A stretch of DNA of 64,000 bases from Thermoanaerobaculia bacterium. Its GTDB lineage: Bacteria; Acidobacteriota; Thermoanaerobaculia; Multivoradales; UBA5704. Below are positions 8,411 to 19,197 of the stretch, piece by piece. The notes beneath the pieces were generated by a model. It was not told the origin of the DNA. It did no database searches and worked only from the letters and a program-made list of their open reading frames with translations. The translations under genes and the position numbers were made by a program. The DNA lies in contig JBJMHA010000012.1 in the NCBI GenBank assembly GCA_045807625.1, positions 76,432 through 140,431 of the forward strand. Direction: 5' to 3'. Numbering within the stretch: position 1 is the stretch's first letter; each line of letters starts with the position of its first letter.

Positions 8411-11400
8411 ATGATGGCGCGATCGGACGACCCGCTCTGGTACAAGGACGCGATCCTCTACGAGGTCCACGTGCGGGCCTTCTTCGACTCGGACGGCGAC
8501 GGCCGGGGGGATTTCCAGGGGCTCACCGCCAAGCTGGACTACCTGCGCGACCTAGGGGTGACCGCCATCTGGCTGCTGCCATTCTACCCCTCTCCCTGGC
8601 GCGACGACGGCTACGACATCTCCGACTACACCACGGTCCATCCCGCCTACGGCACCCTGGAGGATTTCCAGCTCTGCCTCGACGAGGCGCACAAGCGCGG
8701 GCTCAAGGTGATCACCGAGCTGGTGATCAACCACACGTCGGACCAGCATCCGTGGTTCCAGCGCGCGCGGCTCGCCCCTCCCGGCAGCCCCGAGCGCGAC
8801 TACTACGTCTGGAGCGACACGGACAAGAAGTACGCCGGCACGCGGATCATCTTCACCGACACCGAGACCTCGAACTGGACCAAGGACCCGGTCGCCAACG
8901 CCTTCTACTGGCACCGCTTCTTCTCGCACCAGCCGGACCTCAATTTCGACAGCCCGCTCGTGCGGCAGGAGGTCTTCAAGGCGCTCGACTTCTGGATGGA
9001 GATGGGGGTCGACGGCCTGCGGCTCGACGCCATCCCCTATCTCTTCGAGCGCGAGGGGACGAACAACGAGAACCTGCCGGAGACGCACGAGTTCCTGAAG
9101 CAGCTCCGCGCCCACGTGGACGCCAGGTTCCCCCACCGCATGCTCCTGGCCGAGGCGAACCAGTGGCCCGAGGACTCGATCGCCTACTTCGGCGATCCGG
9201 CGACCGGCGGCGACGAGTGCCACATGTCGTTCCACTTCCCGGTGATGCCCCGCCTGTTCATGTCGGTTCGGATGGAGGACCGCTATCCGATCATCGACAT
9301 CCTCCAGCAGACGCCGCCGATCCCGGAGAAGGCGCAGTGGGCGATCTTCCTGCGCAATCACGATGAGCTCACGCTGGAGATGGTCACCGACGAGGAGCGG
9401 GACTACATGTACCGCGTCTACGCGGCGGACAAGGACCAGCGGATCAACGTCGGCATCCGCCGGCGCCTGGCGCCGCTGCTGGGCAACGACCGGCGGCGGA
9501 CCGAGCTGCTCAACGCCCTGCTCTTCTCGCTGCCGGGGACGCCGGTCCTCTACTACGGCGACGAGATCGGTATGGGGGACAATTTCTATCTCGGCGACCG
9601 CAACGGCGTGCGCACCCCCATGCAGTGGAGCGCGGACAAGAACGCCGGCTTCTCGCGGGCCAATCCGCAGCGGCTCTATCTGCCGGTGATCGTCGATCCC
9701 GAGTATCACTACGAGGCGGTGAACGTGGAGGCGCAGCAGGGGAACCCCCATTCGCTGCTCTGGTGGATGCGGCGGGTGATCGCGCTCCGCAAGCGCCATC
9801 CGGCCTTCAGTCGCGGCACCATGGAATTCCTCCATCCGGACAACCACCGCGTCCTGGCCTTCGTGCGGCGGACGCCGGAGGAGACGCTGCTGGTGGTGGC
9901 GAGCCTCTCGCGTTTCTCGCAGTACGCGGAGCTGGACCTCTCGGAGCTTGCCGGCCTGACGCCGGTCGAGCTGTTCGGCCGCTCGCCGTTCCCCGCGATC
10001 ACCTCCGCCTGCTACGGGCTCACCCTCGGCCCTCACTCCTTCTACTGGTTCGCCCTGGTGCAGGACCCGGCGCAATTCGGCCGCGCCCGGCAGTCGGCGC
10101 CGAGCGAGGCGGCGGCCGGCGAGGCGCCCGTCCCGGTGCTCGCCATCGAGGGGAGCTGGCGGAGCGTCCTGGAGGGGAAGGCCAGACGGGACCTCGAGAG
10201 CGTGCTCCTCGACGTGCTCCCCACCCGCCGCTGGTTCGGCGGCAAGGCGCGGACGCTACGGGCGGTCGAGATCGCCGAGGCGATCCCGGTGGGGGACGAC
10301 GCGGTGATCGCCCTGCTCCGGGTGGACTACGCGGACGCCGAGGCCGAGGTCTACGCGCTGCCGCTCGCCTTCGCGCCGTCCCGGCGGGCCGGGGACGCCA
10401 CGGTCGCGGGAGCGGTGGCCCGCCTGGAGTCGGACGTGCCCGAGGGGACTGGCGTGCTCTACGACCCGCTCGGCGAGCCCCGCTTCTCGCGCGCGCTGCT
10501 GGCGGCCATCGAGCGCGGCGAGCGTTTCCGCGGTCAGCGCGGCGATCTGGTGGCCGCCCCGGCGCCGGTCTTTTCAGAGCTCCGCGGCGAGGGGGACCTG
10601 GAGCCGGCGCCACTGCGGGCCGAGCAGAGCAATACCTCGATCCGCTACGGCGACCGGCTGGTGCTGAAGATCTTCCGCAAGGTCGAGCCGGGGATCAATC
10701 CCGACCTGGAGATCGGCCGCTTCCTCACCGAGAGGACCGACTTCCGCCACATCCCGCGGGTGGCCGGATCGCTGGAGGTCCGGCAGCGGACGGGCGAGCC
10801 GGTGACGCTCGGCATCCTCCAGGAATTCGTCCCCAACGAGGGGGACGCCTGGAGCTACACGCTCGACGCCCTCGGCCGCTACTTCGACCGCGTGCTCACG
10901 AGCTGGCAGAGCGCCGTGGCCCCTCTCCCGTCCGGGGCGCTGATCGACCTCGCGGAGCGGGAGATGAGCGCCGACGACTTCGAGCGCATCGGCACCTACG
11001 TGCCGCAGGCGCGGCTGCTCGCCGAGCGCACGGCGGAGCTGCACGTCGCCCTGGCCTCGGGCACGGGGAAGGACTTCGAGCCCGAGCCCTTCTCGGAGCT
11101 TTACCAGCGGTCGCTGTATGATTCCATGCGCTCGCTCACCAAGAAGAACCTGCGGCTCCTGCGGCAGAAGCTGGCCGGGTTGCCCGAGGCGGTGCGGGGG
11201 GAGGCGGACTGGGTGCTCGGCGCCGAGGAGCGGATCCTGGAGCGCTTCCGGCGCCTGACGGGGCGGAAGCTCGCCGCCGAGCGCGTCCGCACGCATGGGG
11301 ATTATCATCTGGGGCAGGTGCTGTTCACGGGGCGCGACTTCGTGATCCTCGACTTCGAGGGGGAGCCTTCGCGGTCCCTCTCGGAGCGGCGCCTCAAGCG

Positions 11401-11752
11401 GTCGCCGTTCCGGGACGTGGCCGGCATGCTGCGGTCGTTCCAGTACGCGGCCTACGTGAAGCTGTTCGAGGAGGCGGCGGTCGGCGTGGCCTCGGCCGAC
11501 GCGGTGCCGACGCTGGAGGGCTGGGCGCTCTACTGGGAGCGCTGGGTCTCCGCGGCGTTCCTGCAAACCTATCTGCGGCGGGCGCAGGGGGCCTCCTTCC
11601 TGCCGGCGTCGCGCGAGGAGCGGGAGGTGCTGCTCGACAGCTACCTGCTGGAGAAGGCGATCTACGAGATGGGCTATGAGCTCAACAACCGGCCCGACTG
11701 GCTGCGGATCCCGCTGCGGGGCATCCGCCAGATCCTGGAGGGAGAGGGGTAG
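8411..11752 (+). CDS. treS: Trehalose synthase fused to maltokinase (TreS-Pep2)
   Basis: GH13 motifs [34 protein letters not shown]; C-terminal [23 protein letters not shown]. Confidence 0.95.
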   Translation: MMARSDDPLWYKDAILYEVHVRAFFDSDGDGRGDFQGLTAKLDYLRDLGVTAIWLLPFYPSPWRDDGYDISDYTTVHPAYGTLEDFQLCLDEAHKRGLKVITELVINHTSDQHPWFQRARLAPPGSPERDYYVWSDTDKKYAGTRIIFTDTETSNWTKDPVANAFYWHRFFSHQPDLNFDSPLVRQEVFKALDFWMEMGVDGLRLDAIPYLFEREGTNNENLPETHEFLKQLRAHVDARFPHRMLLAEANQWPEDSIAYFGDPATGGDECHMSFHFPVMPRLFMSVRMEDRYPIIDILQQTPPIPEKAQWAIFLRNHDELTLEMVTDEERDYMYRVYAADKDQRINVGIRRRLAPLLGNDRRRTELLNALLFSLPGTPVLYYGDEIGMGDNFYLGDRNGVRTPMQWSADKNAGFSRANPQRLYLPVIVDPEYHYEAVNVEAQQGNPHSLLWWMRRVIALRKRHPAFSRGTMEFLHPDNHRVLAFVRRTPEETLLVVASLSRFSQYAELDLSELAGLTPVELFGRSPFPAITSACYGLTLGPHSFYWFALVQDPAQFGRARQSAPSEAAAGEAPVPVLAIEGSWRSVLEGKARRDLESVLLDVLPTRRWFGGKARTLRAVEIAEAIPVGDDAVIALLRVDYADAEAEVYALPLAFAPSRRAGDATVAGAVARLESDVPEGTGVLYDPLGEPRFSRALLAAIERGERFRGQRGDLVAAPAPVFSELRGEGDLEPAPLRAEQSNTSIRYGDRLVLKIFRKVEPGINPDLEIGRFLTERTDFRHIPRVAGSLEVRQRTGEPVTLGILQEFVPNEGDAWSYTLDALGRYFDRVLTSWQSAVAPLPSGALIDLAEREMSADDFERIGTYVPQARLLAERTAELHVALASGTGKDFEPEPFSELYQRSLYDSMRSLTKKNLRLLRQKLAGLPEAVRGEADWVLGAEERILERFRRLTGRKLAAERVRTHGDYHLGQVLFTGRDFVILDFEGEPSRSLSERRLKRSPFRDVAGMLRSFQYAAYVKLFEEAAVGVASADAVPTLEGWALYWERWVSAAFLQTYLRRAQGASFLPASREEREVLLDSYLLEKAIYEMGYELNNRPDWLRIPLRGIRQILEGEG

Positions 11753-11758
11753 GACGAT

Positions 11759-13849
11759 TTGGCGAACGAACGCGAAGACCTGGCCACGCTGGCCCACCTC
11801 CATGGGATCCAGACCTCCTATGACGACGCCATGGGGAGATATGTCGAGGCGGGGCCGGACTCTCTGCTCGCCGTGCTGCGCGCCCTTCAGGCCCCCGTCG
11901 AGGAGATGGCGGACGTGCCGGAGGCGCTCCGCGAGCGGCGCGAGGAGCTCGACCGCCGCGTGATCGAGCCGGTGACCGTCGCCTGGGACGGGCACGCGCC
12001 TTCCATCGAGCTGCATCCGGCCCACGACAGCGGCTCGGTCGCCTACCACCTCGACCTCGAGGGGGGCGAGCGGCGGGCCTGGATGGCGGACCTTCAGAGC
12101 CTGCCGGAGCTCCCGCCACGGGAGGGATCGTCCCGCCCCGGCCGGCGGCTCACACTGGCGGAGCCCCTGCCCCCCGGCTACCACCGGCTCATCGTGGAGA
12201 TCGAAGGCCGGGCTTCGGAGTCGCTGATCATCTCCGCCCCGACCCGGTGTTACGGTAGTGACGGCAAGCCGCTCTGGGGGGTCTTCCTGCCGCTCTACGC
12301 CCTGCGCACCTCCCGGAGCTGGGGGGCCGGCGACCTCTCCGACCTGGAGACGCTCGCCGAGTGGACCGCGGGGCTGGGCGGCGGCGTGGTGGCGACCCTC
12401 CCGCTGCTCGCCGCCTTTCTCGACGAACCGTTCGAGCCCAGCCCTTATGGCCCGGCGTCGCGCCTGTTCTGGAACGAGATCTACGTCGACCCCCGCCGGC
12501 TGCCGGAGATGGAGGACTGCGCGCCGGCCCGGCGGCTGCTCGAGTCCCCCGACTTCCTGCGCGAGGTCGAGGCGCTGCGGGCCGCGCCGCGGGTCGACTA
12601 CGCGCGGCTGGCGGCGCTCAAGCGCCGGGTGCTGGAGGAGCTGGCGCAGCGCTTCTTCTCCCATCCGGGGGACCGGCAGGGGGATTTCGATCGCTTCGTG
12701 GCCGGCAAGCCCGGCCTCGGCGACTACGCCGCCTTCCGCGCCGTGGGGGACCGCCGCGGGGATTCCTGGCAGCACTGGCCCGAAAGGTTGCGGGAGGGGA
12801 CCCTCGCGCCCGCCGATTATGATGACGAAGACCGGCGCTACTACCTCTGGACCCAGTGGGCCGCCGACCAGCAGCTCCGCTCGATGGCGGGGGAGGCGCG
12901 GAAGCGTGGCCCCGGCCTCTATCTGGACCTGCCGGTGGGGGTCCATGGCGGTTCCTACGACGTCTGGCGCTATCGGGACCTGTTCGCCGAGGGGGCCTCG
13001 GCCGGCGCGCCGCCGGACTCCTTCTTCACCCAGGGGCAGGAGTGGGGGTTTCCGCCGCTCCAGCCGGAGCGCCTGCGCGAGCGCGGCTACGATCACCTGA
13101 TCGACTGCCTGCGCCATCACCTGGAGCACGCCGGCATCCTGCGCCTCGACCACATCATGCAGCTCCATCGGCTGTTCTGGATACCGCAGGGCATGGGCGC
13201 CACGGCCGGCGTCTACGTGCGCTATCCGGCCGAGGAGCTGTACGCCGTGCTCTCCGTCGAGAGCCACCGCCACCGCGCGGTGGTGGTGGGCGAGAACCTG
13301 GGCACGGTGCCGCCCGAGGTCTACGAGGCGATGGACCGCCACGAGGTGCTCGGTATGTACGTGGTGCAGTACGAGCTCCAGCCGGGCAGCCAGGGCCTGC
13401 GCCCGCCGCCGGCCCAATGCGTCGCGAGCCTCAACACCCACGACATGCCGACCTTCGAGGGGTTCCTGCAGACCAAGGACGTCGACGACCTCCACAGCCT
13501 CGGCTTCTTCACCCCCGAGCAGGCACGCCAGGAGAAGGAGCGGCGCGGGTGGATCCGCCATGAGATGGAGCAGGAGCTGGGGCCGGAGGAACGGGGGAGG
13601 GGAGCGGCCACCGGCGCGGCGCTCCTGCGCAAGCGGCTGGACCACTTGGCCACGAGCCCGGCGCGCATGGTGCTGGTAAACCTGGAGGACCTCTGGCAGG
13701 AGACCGAGCCCCAGAACGTGCCGGGCACCCACGACGAACGGCCCAACTGGCGGCGGAAAGCAAGGTTTTCCTTCGAGGAATTCTCGACCCGCGCGGACGT
13801 GGTCGAGCCTCTCAAACGGGTGGATGAATTGCGGAAGCAGAGAGGTTGA
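11759..13849 (+). CDS. malQ: 4-alpha-glucanotransferase (GH77)
   Basis: [47 protein letters not shown]...NWR. Confidence 0.93.
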   Translation: MANEREDLATLAHLHGIQTSYDDAMGRYVEAGPDSLLAVLRALQAPVEEMADVPEALRERREELDRRVIEPVTVAWDGHAPSIELHPAHDSGSVAYHLDLEGGERRAWMADLQSLPELPPREGSSRPGRRLTLAEPLPPGYHRLIVEIEGRASESLIISAPTRCYGSDGKPLWGVFLPLYALRTSRSWGAGDLSDLETLAEWTAGLGGGVVATLPLLAAFLDEPFEPSPYGPASRLFWNEIYVDPRRLPEMEDCAPARRLLESPDFLREVEALRAAPRVDYARLAALKRRVLEELAQRFFSHPGDRQGDFDRFVAGKPGLGDYAAFRAVGDRRGDSWQHWPERLREGTLAPADYDDEDRRYYLWTQWAADQQLRSMAGEARKRGPGLYLDLPVGVHGGSYDVWRYRDLFAEGASAGAPPDSFFTQGQEWGFPPLQPERLRERGYDHLIDCLRHHLEHAGILRLDHIMQLHRLFWIPQGMGATAGVYVRYPAEELYAVLSVESHRHRAVVVGENLGTVPPEVYEAMDRHEVLGMYVVQYELQPGSQGLRPPPAQCVASLNTHDMPTFEGFLQTKDVDDLHSLGFFTPEQARQEKERRGWIRHEMEQELGPEERGRGAATGAALLRKRLDHLATSPARMVLVNLEDLWQETEPQNVPGTHDERPNWRRKARFSFEEFSTRADVVEPLKRVDELRKQRG

Positions 13850-13851
13850 GC

Positions 13852-15822
13852 ATGCCCAGTCCAATCACCGATCAGGATCTCTATCTCTTCAACGAGGGCA
13901 CCCACTTCCGCCTCTACGAAAAGCTGGGCGCCCACGCCGGCGACGACGGGGACCGCGAGGGGATCTGGTTCGCCGTCTGGGCGCCGGACGCGGAGTCGGT
14001 GACGGTGATCGGAGATTTCAACGATTGGGACAAGCGGGCGACCCTAATGGTCCAGCGCGCCCAATCCGGCATCTGGGAGGCGTTCGTGCCGGACGTCACG
14101 CCCGGGGTGAAGTACAAATACCACGTGATCTCCCGCCATCGCGGCTACCGCGCCGACAAAGCCGACCCCTTCGCCTTCTATGCCGAGACGCCGCCGCAGC
14201 GCGCCTCGGTCGTCTGGGACCTCGAATACGACTGGTGGGACGCCGACTGGCTGCTGGCGCGCGGCCCCAGGCAATCGCTCACCGCGCCGATGTCGATCTA
14301 CGAGGTCCACCTCGGCTCCTGGCGGCGGGTGCCGGAGGAAGAGGACCGCTTCCTCACCTACCGCGAGATGGCGCCGCTCCTCGCCGATCACGTCAAGCGC
14401 CTGGGCTTTACCCACGTCGAGATGCTCCCGGTGATGGAGCATCCCTACTACGCCTCCTGGGGATATCAATCGCTCGGGTATTTCGCGCCCACCAGCCGCT
14501 ACGGCACGCCGCAGGATTTGATGTATCTGATCGATCATCTGCACCAGCAGGGGATCGGCGTCATACTGGATTGGGTGCCGTCGCACTTCCCGGGCGACGA
14601 GCACGGCCTCGCCTTCTTCGACGGCACGCACCTCTACGAGCACGCCGATCCGCGCAAGGGATACCACCCCGACTGGGGGAGCTACATCTTCAATTACGGG
14701 CGCAACGAGGTGCGGAGCTTCCTGATCAGCAGCGCCGTGTTCTGGCTGGAGAAATATCACGCCGACGCCCTGCGGGTGGACGCTGTCGCCTCCATGCTCT
14801 ATCTCGACTACTCGCGCAAGCAGGGGGAGTGGATTCCGAATGAATATGGCGGCCGCGAGAACCTGGAGGCGATCTCCTTCCTGCGCGCGATGAACGAGGA
14901 GGTCTACAAAAGCTTTCCCGACGCGCAGACGATCGCCGAGGAATCGACCGCCTGGCCCATGGTCTCGCGGCCGATCTACGTCGGCGGCCTCGGCTTCGGC
15001 TACAAGTGGGACATGGGGTGGATGCACGACACCCTCGACTACCTCGCGAACGATCCGATCCATCGCAAGTACAATCACAACCGGATCACCTTCCGGTCGC
15101 TCTACGCCTTCAACGAGAGCTTCGTGCTGCCGCTCTCGCACGACGAGGTGGTACACCTCAAGGGGGCGCTCGTCAACAAGATGCCCGGCGACGCCTGGCA
15201 GAAGCTGGCCAACCTCCGGCTGCTCTACGGCGACATGTATGCCCAGCCGGGCAAGAAGCTCCTCTTCATGGGCGCGGAGATGGCTCAAACCCATGAGTGG
15301 AATCACGATTCGAGCCTCGACTGGCACCTGCTCGAAGATCCGGGGCACGCCGGCATCGCCCGTTGGCTGGAGGACCTCAACCGCCTCTATCAGAGCGATC
15401 CCGCCCTGCACGAGGGGGACTGCCATCCGGACGGCTTCGAATGGATCGACGGCTCGGACGCCGAGCACAGCGTGATCGCCTTCCTGCGGCGGAGCACGGC
15501 GACGCCGGCCGAGCCCATCGCGGTGATCTTCAACTTCACGCCGGTGCCGCGCGAGAGCTATCGTATCGGCGTGCCGGGGCGCGGCTACTGGCGGGAGATC
15601 CTCAACAGCGACGCGGCCGAATACGGCGGCAGCGGCAAGGGGAACATGGGCGGGGTGGAGGCGGTGCCGATCCCCATGCACGGCAAGACGCATTCGCTCA
15701 CCCTCTCCCTGCCGCCGCTGGGCGTGCTTTTCCTGAAGCGGGAGGTCCCGGAAGGAGAGGTCATCGAAGAGGCGGCAGAGGCGATGGAGGAGGAGGATCT
15801 CGAGGACATCCCGTTCGAGTAG
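13852..15822 (+). CDS. glgB: 1,4-alpha-glucan branching enzyme
   Basis: [37 protein letters not shown]. Confidence 0.95.
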   Translation: MPSPITDQDLYLFNEGTHFRLYEKLGAHAGDDGDREGIWFAVWAPDAESVTVIGDFNDWDKRATLMVQRAQSGIWEAFVPDVTPGVKYKYHVISRHRGYRADKADPFAFYAETPPQRASVVWDLEYDWWDADWLLARGPRQSLTAPMSIYEVHLGSWRRVPEEEDRFLTYREMAPLLADHVKRLGFTHVEMLPVMEHPYYASWGYQSLGYFAPTSRYGTPQDLMYLIDHLHQQGIGVILDWVPSHFPGDEHGLAFFDGTHLYEHADPRKGYHPDWGSYIFNYGRNEVRSFLISSAVFWLEKYHADALRVDAVASMLYLDYSRKQGEWIPNEYGGRENLEAISFLRAMNEEVYKSFPDAQTIAEESTAWPMVSRPIYVGGLGFGYKWDMGWMHDTLDYLANDPIHRKYNHNRITFRSLYAFNESFVLPLSHDEVVHLKGALVNKMPGDAWQKLANLRLLYGDMYAQPGKKLLFMGAEMAQTHEWNHDSSLDWHLLEDPGHAGIARWLEDLNRLYQSDPALHEGDCHPDGFEWIDGSDAEHSVIAFLRRSTATPAEPIAVIFNFTPVPRESYRIGVPGRGYWREILNSDAAEYGGSGKGNMGGVEAVPIPMHGKTHSLTLSLPPLGVLFLKREVPEGEVIEEAAEAMEEEDLEDIPFE

Positions 15823-15909
15823 CTCTGCCCCTTGCAGGCCGGCGACTTCCCGAGAGACGGGGCGGCCGGTGCTCCCGGTCGCCCCGAGCCATCGCTGTGA
15901 GGGAGGTCT

Positions 15910-16344
15910 CTAGATCGGCGGAGCCGACGTGTAGTGGGTGAAGAGGACCACGGCGTCGTTGAAGTCCTTGTCCTTGGCGTCCTCGGAGATCACCCAGAAC
16001 AGACCGAAGTCACCGTTGTCCGGATTCTGCGCCGTCAGCTTGCCGCCGGTGGCCAGGCTCGGGACGTGGCTCGTCCCCGGGTTATGCGTGACGGTAACCT
16101 TGTACGTGCCGCCGGCCGCCGGCGTGGTGAAGCTGGGCTGTCCATTCGCGGGAGCCGCGGTGAGGAAACCCTGCGTCGTCAGTTTCATCTGAACGTTTCC
16201 CTCGCCGCTTCCAGCGAAAGCCGCCGCGGTTCCTGCCGGGGGAGTGATCGTCACGTTTTGCATAAAGGCGGCGTTGCTCATCGCCTGGACGAAAACTTTG
16301 GCGTTAGGGGGCATGAGGAAGGAGACGCTGTTGGTTGGAGGCAT
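15910..16344 (-). CDS. Fucose-binding lectin II (LecB/PA-IIL-like)
   Basis: Ca-binding loop SEDAKDKDFNDAVV resembles the PA-IIL EDGxDxDYNDAVV motif; AAGGAG RBS before ATG 16344. Confidence 0.75.
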   Translation of the reverse strand: MPPTNSVSFLMPPNAKVFVQAMSNAAFMQNVTITPPAGTAAAFAGSGEGNVQMKLTTQGFLTAAPANGQPSFTTPAAGGTYKVTVTHNPGTSHVPSLATGGKLTAQNPDNGDFGLFWVISEDAKDKDFNDAVVLFTHYTSAPPI

Positions 16345-16538
16345 CTTGCTCTCCTTTGGAGAACACATCTCTCCAAAAGTGATCGGCGATTTTGATAGCC
16401 GATCTGTTTGGGTGGAAGGAGCGGACCGCCCCTTCTCTTGCCTCAGGCCCGAGGATCGCTAAGAGTATACCGTTTTTTAGTGATTGTCAAGAGTTTTCAC
16501 TATTGTAAAGCGGCATGAGGTAAGATCTCCCCCGCCCC

Positions 16539-18971
16539 ATGCATCGCTATCTCTGTATCCACGGCCACTTCTACCAGCCGCCCCGGGAGAACCCGTGGCT
16601 GGAGGCGATCGAGGTCCAGGACTCGGCGCGCCCCTATCACGACTGGAACGAGCGGATCACCGCCGAGTGCTACGGCCCGAACGCCGCCTCGCGCATCCTG
16701 GACGGCGAAAGGCGCATCGAGCGGATCGTCAACAACTACGCCCAGATCAGCTTCAACTTCGGCCCCACCCTCCTCGCTTGGCTGGAGGAGAAGCGGCCGG
16801 AGGTCTACCGCGCCATCCTGGAGGCGGACGCGGCCAGCCGCGAGCGCTTCTCCGGGCACGGCTCGGCCCTGGCGCAGGGCTACAACCACATCATCCTGCC
16901 CCTCGCCAACCGGCGGGACAAGCGCACCCAGATCCTCTGGGGGCTCGCCGACTTCGAGCGCCGCTTCCAGCGCCAGGCCGAAGGGATGTGGCTTCCCGAG
17001 ACGGCGGTCGATCTGGAAACCCTCGATCTTCTTGCCGAGGCGGGCGTGCGCTTCACCATCCTGGAGCCGCACCAGGCCCAGAGGGTGCGGCCGAAGAAGT
17101 CCAAGGAGTGGGAGGATGTCGGGGGCGGGCGGATCGACCCTTCAATTCCCTATGAGGTGAAGCTCCCCTCGGGCCGGCGGATCGCCGTCTTCTTCTACGA
17201 CGGCGCCATCTCGCGTGCGGTGGCCTTCGAGGGGCTGCTGATGAGCGGCGAGCGCTTCGCCGAGCGGCTGATGACGGCGGTGCCCGCCGACCCTGAGCAC
17301 GACCGGCTGGTCCACATCGCCACCGACGGCGAGACCTACGGCCACCACCACCGCTATGGCGAGATGGCCCTCTCCTACGCCCTCCACCATATCGAGGAGA
17401 ACGGGCTGGCCCGGCTGACCAACTACGGCGAGTACCTGGAGACCCATCCGCCGGAGCATGAGGTGGAGATCGTTGAAAACACCGCCTGGAGCTGCGTCCA
17501 CGGCGTCGGCCGCTGGCGCGAGGACTGCGGCTGCCACACCGGCGGCGAGCCGGGGTGGACGCAAGCCTGGAGGGCGCCGCTGCGCCAGGCCCTCGACTGG
17601 ATGCGCGACGAGCTCATCCCCCACTGGGAGCGGGAGGCTGGGAAGCTCTTCGCGGACCCCTGGGGCGCGCGCGACGCCTATGTCGAGGTGCTCCTCGACC
17701 GCTCGCCCGCGGCCGTCGGCGCATTTCTCGCCTGCGTCTCGGCCGGCCCGCCGCCGGAGGGGGAGGGCCGGGTGCGGGCCCTCAAGCTCCTGGAGCTCCA
17801 GCGCCACGCCATGCTCATGTACACGAGCTGCGGCTGGTTCTTCAACGACCTCGGGGGGATCGAGACGGTGCAGATCCTGCGCTACGCCGGCCGCGTGGCC
17901 CAGATCGCGCGGGAGGTCCTTCAGATGCCGGTCGAGCCGGAGCTCCTGCGGCTCCTGGAGAGGGCGAGGAGCAACGTGCCGGACGTGGGTACCGGGCGCG
18001 ACCTCTACGAGAGGATCGTGCGGCCGTCCGTGGTGGACCTCCCCCAGGTGGCCGCCCACTACGCGGTCTCCGCGCTCTTCGAGGATTACCCAAGCCCGGC
18101 GCCGGTCTACTGCTTCTCGGTGGAGCGGGAGAACGGCCGCGCCTTCCGCTCCGGCCGGACCCGCCTGTCGATCGGCAGGGCCCGGGTCACCTCGGGGCTG
18201 ACCGGCAAGACCGGGGCCTTCGCCTTCGGCGTCCTCCACTTCGGGGACCACAACCTCAACGCCGGCGTAATCCCGTGGCAGGACGAGCTGGAGGAGTATC
18301 ACGCCCTGATCCTGGAGGCGTCGGCGGCCTTCGAGCACGGCGACCTGCCGCAGGTGGTGCGGCTCCTCGACAGTTACTTCGGCGGCATGCCCTACTCCCT
18401 GCGCTCACTCTTCCGCGACGAGCAACGGCGCATCCTGGACCGCATTCTCGCCTCTACGTTGGCCGAGGTGGAGGACGAATTCCGCCACGTCTACGAGACG
18501 CACGCGCCCCTGATGCGCTTCCTGAAGATGCTGGGGACGCCGCTGCCCAAGGCGTTCGCCGCCGCGGCCGAATTCATGCTCAACGCGGACCTGCGGCGGG
18601 CCGTCTCCCATCCCGCGGCCGATCCCGAGGAGGTCCAGCGCCTGCTCGGCGAGACCGCCGCCCTCGGCGTGGACCTCGACCGCAAGGAGCTCTCCTACGC
18701 CCTGGAGCAGGCCCTCGGGACCCTGATGGAAAACCTCCGCGAGCGCCCCGAGGATCTGGAGCTGCTCCGCCGCGTCCACGAGGCGGTCACCCTCGCCCGC
18801 TCGGCCCCCTTCCAGGTCGATCTCTGGCGCGCCCAGAACCGGTGCTACGAGCTCCTCCAGACGGTCTATCCGGAGCAGCTCGCCAAGGCGGGGGAGGGGG
18901 ACGCCGCGGCGGCGGAGTGGGTCTGCCGGTTCCGGAAGCTGGGGGAGGGGTTGGCGGTGCGGGTTCAGTAG
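16539..18971 (+). CDS. GH57 family glycoside hydrolase with DUF3536
   Basis: HGHFYQPPRENPW, GMWLPETAVD, ATDGETYGHH, WSCVHGVGRW, MYTSCGWFF. Confidence 0.92.
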   Translation: MHRYLCIHGHFYQPPRENPWLEAIEVQDSARPYHDWNERITAECYGPNAASRILDGERRIERIVNNYAQISFNFGPTLLAWLEEKRPEVYRAILEADAASRERFSGHGSALAQGYNHIILPLANRRDKRTQILWGLADFERRFQRQAEGMWLPETAVDLETLDLLAEAGVRFTILEPHQAQRVRPKKSKEWEDVGGGRIDPSIPYEVKLPSGRRIAVFFYDGAISRAVAFEGLLMSGERFAERLMTAVPADPEHDRLVHIATDGETYGHHHRYGEMALSYALHHIEENGLARLTNYGEYLETHPPEHEVEIVENTAWSCVHGVGRWREDCGCHTGGEPGWTQAWRAPLRQALDWMRDELIPHWEREAGKLFADPWGARDAYVEVLLDRSPAAVGAFLACVSAGPPPEGEGRVRALKLLELQRHAMLMYTSCGWFFNDLGGIETVQILRYAGRVAQIAREVLQMPVEPELLRLLERARSNVPDVGTGRDLYERIVRPSVVDLPQVAAHYAVSALFEDYPSPAPVYCFSVERENGRAFRSGRTRLSIGRARVTSGLTGKTGAFAFGVLHFGDHNLNAGVIPWQDELEEYHALILEASAAFEHGDLPQVVRLLDSYFGGMPYSLRSLFRDEQRRILDRILASTLAEVEDEFRHVYETHAPLMRFLKMLGTPLPKAFAAAAEFMLNADLRRAVSHPAADPEEVQRLLGETAALGVDLDRKELSYALEQALGTLMENLRERPEDLELLRRVHEAVTLARSAPFQVDLWRAQNRCYELLQTVYPEQLAKAGEGDAAAAEWVCRFRKLGEGLAVRVQ

Positions 18972-18975
18972 GGCC

Positions 18976-19149
18976 GTGCCCTTCGGCCCTCCTGCCCTTC
19001 GAGGCCTCACCCCCTGGCCCCCTCTCCACAAGTGGAGAGGGGGAAACCCGATTCCGGAGAGCTGAGCCTGCCGGGTCGCGCCCTCCCTCTCCACGAAGTG
19101 GAGAGGGACCGAGGGTGAGGCTTCGAAGGGCAGGACGATCCGAGGGCAC
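18976..19149. repeat. Composite inverted-repeat (MITE/REP-like) element, copy 1
   Basis: CCTCACCC...CCTCTCCAC-N-GTGGAGAGG hairpin pair in inverted orientation; near-identical to copies at 30574 and 47484. Confidence 0.8.
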
Positions 19150-19197
19150 AGGGCTCTGTAACTCGCATGGCCTACCCCTTGCATTTCCCTCCAGACC

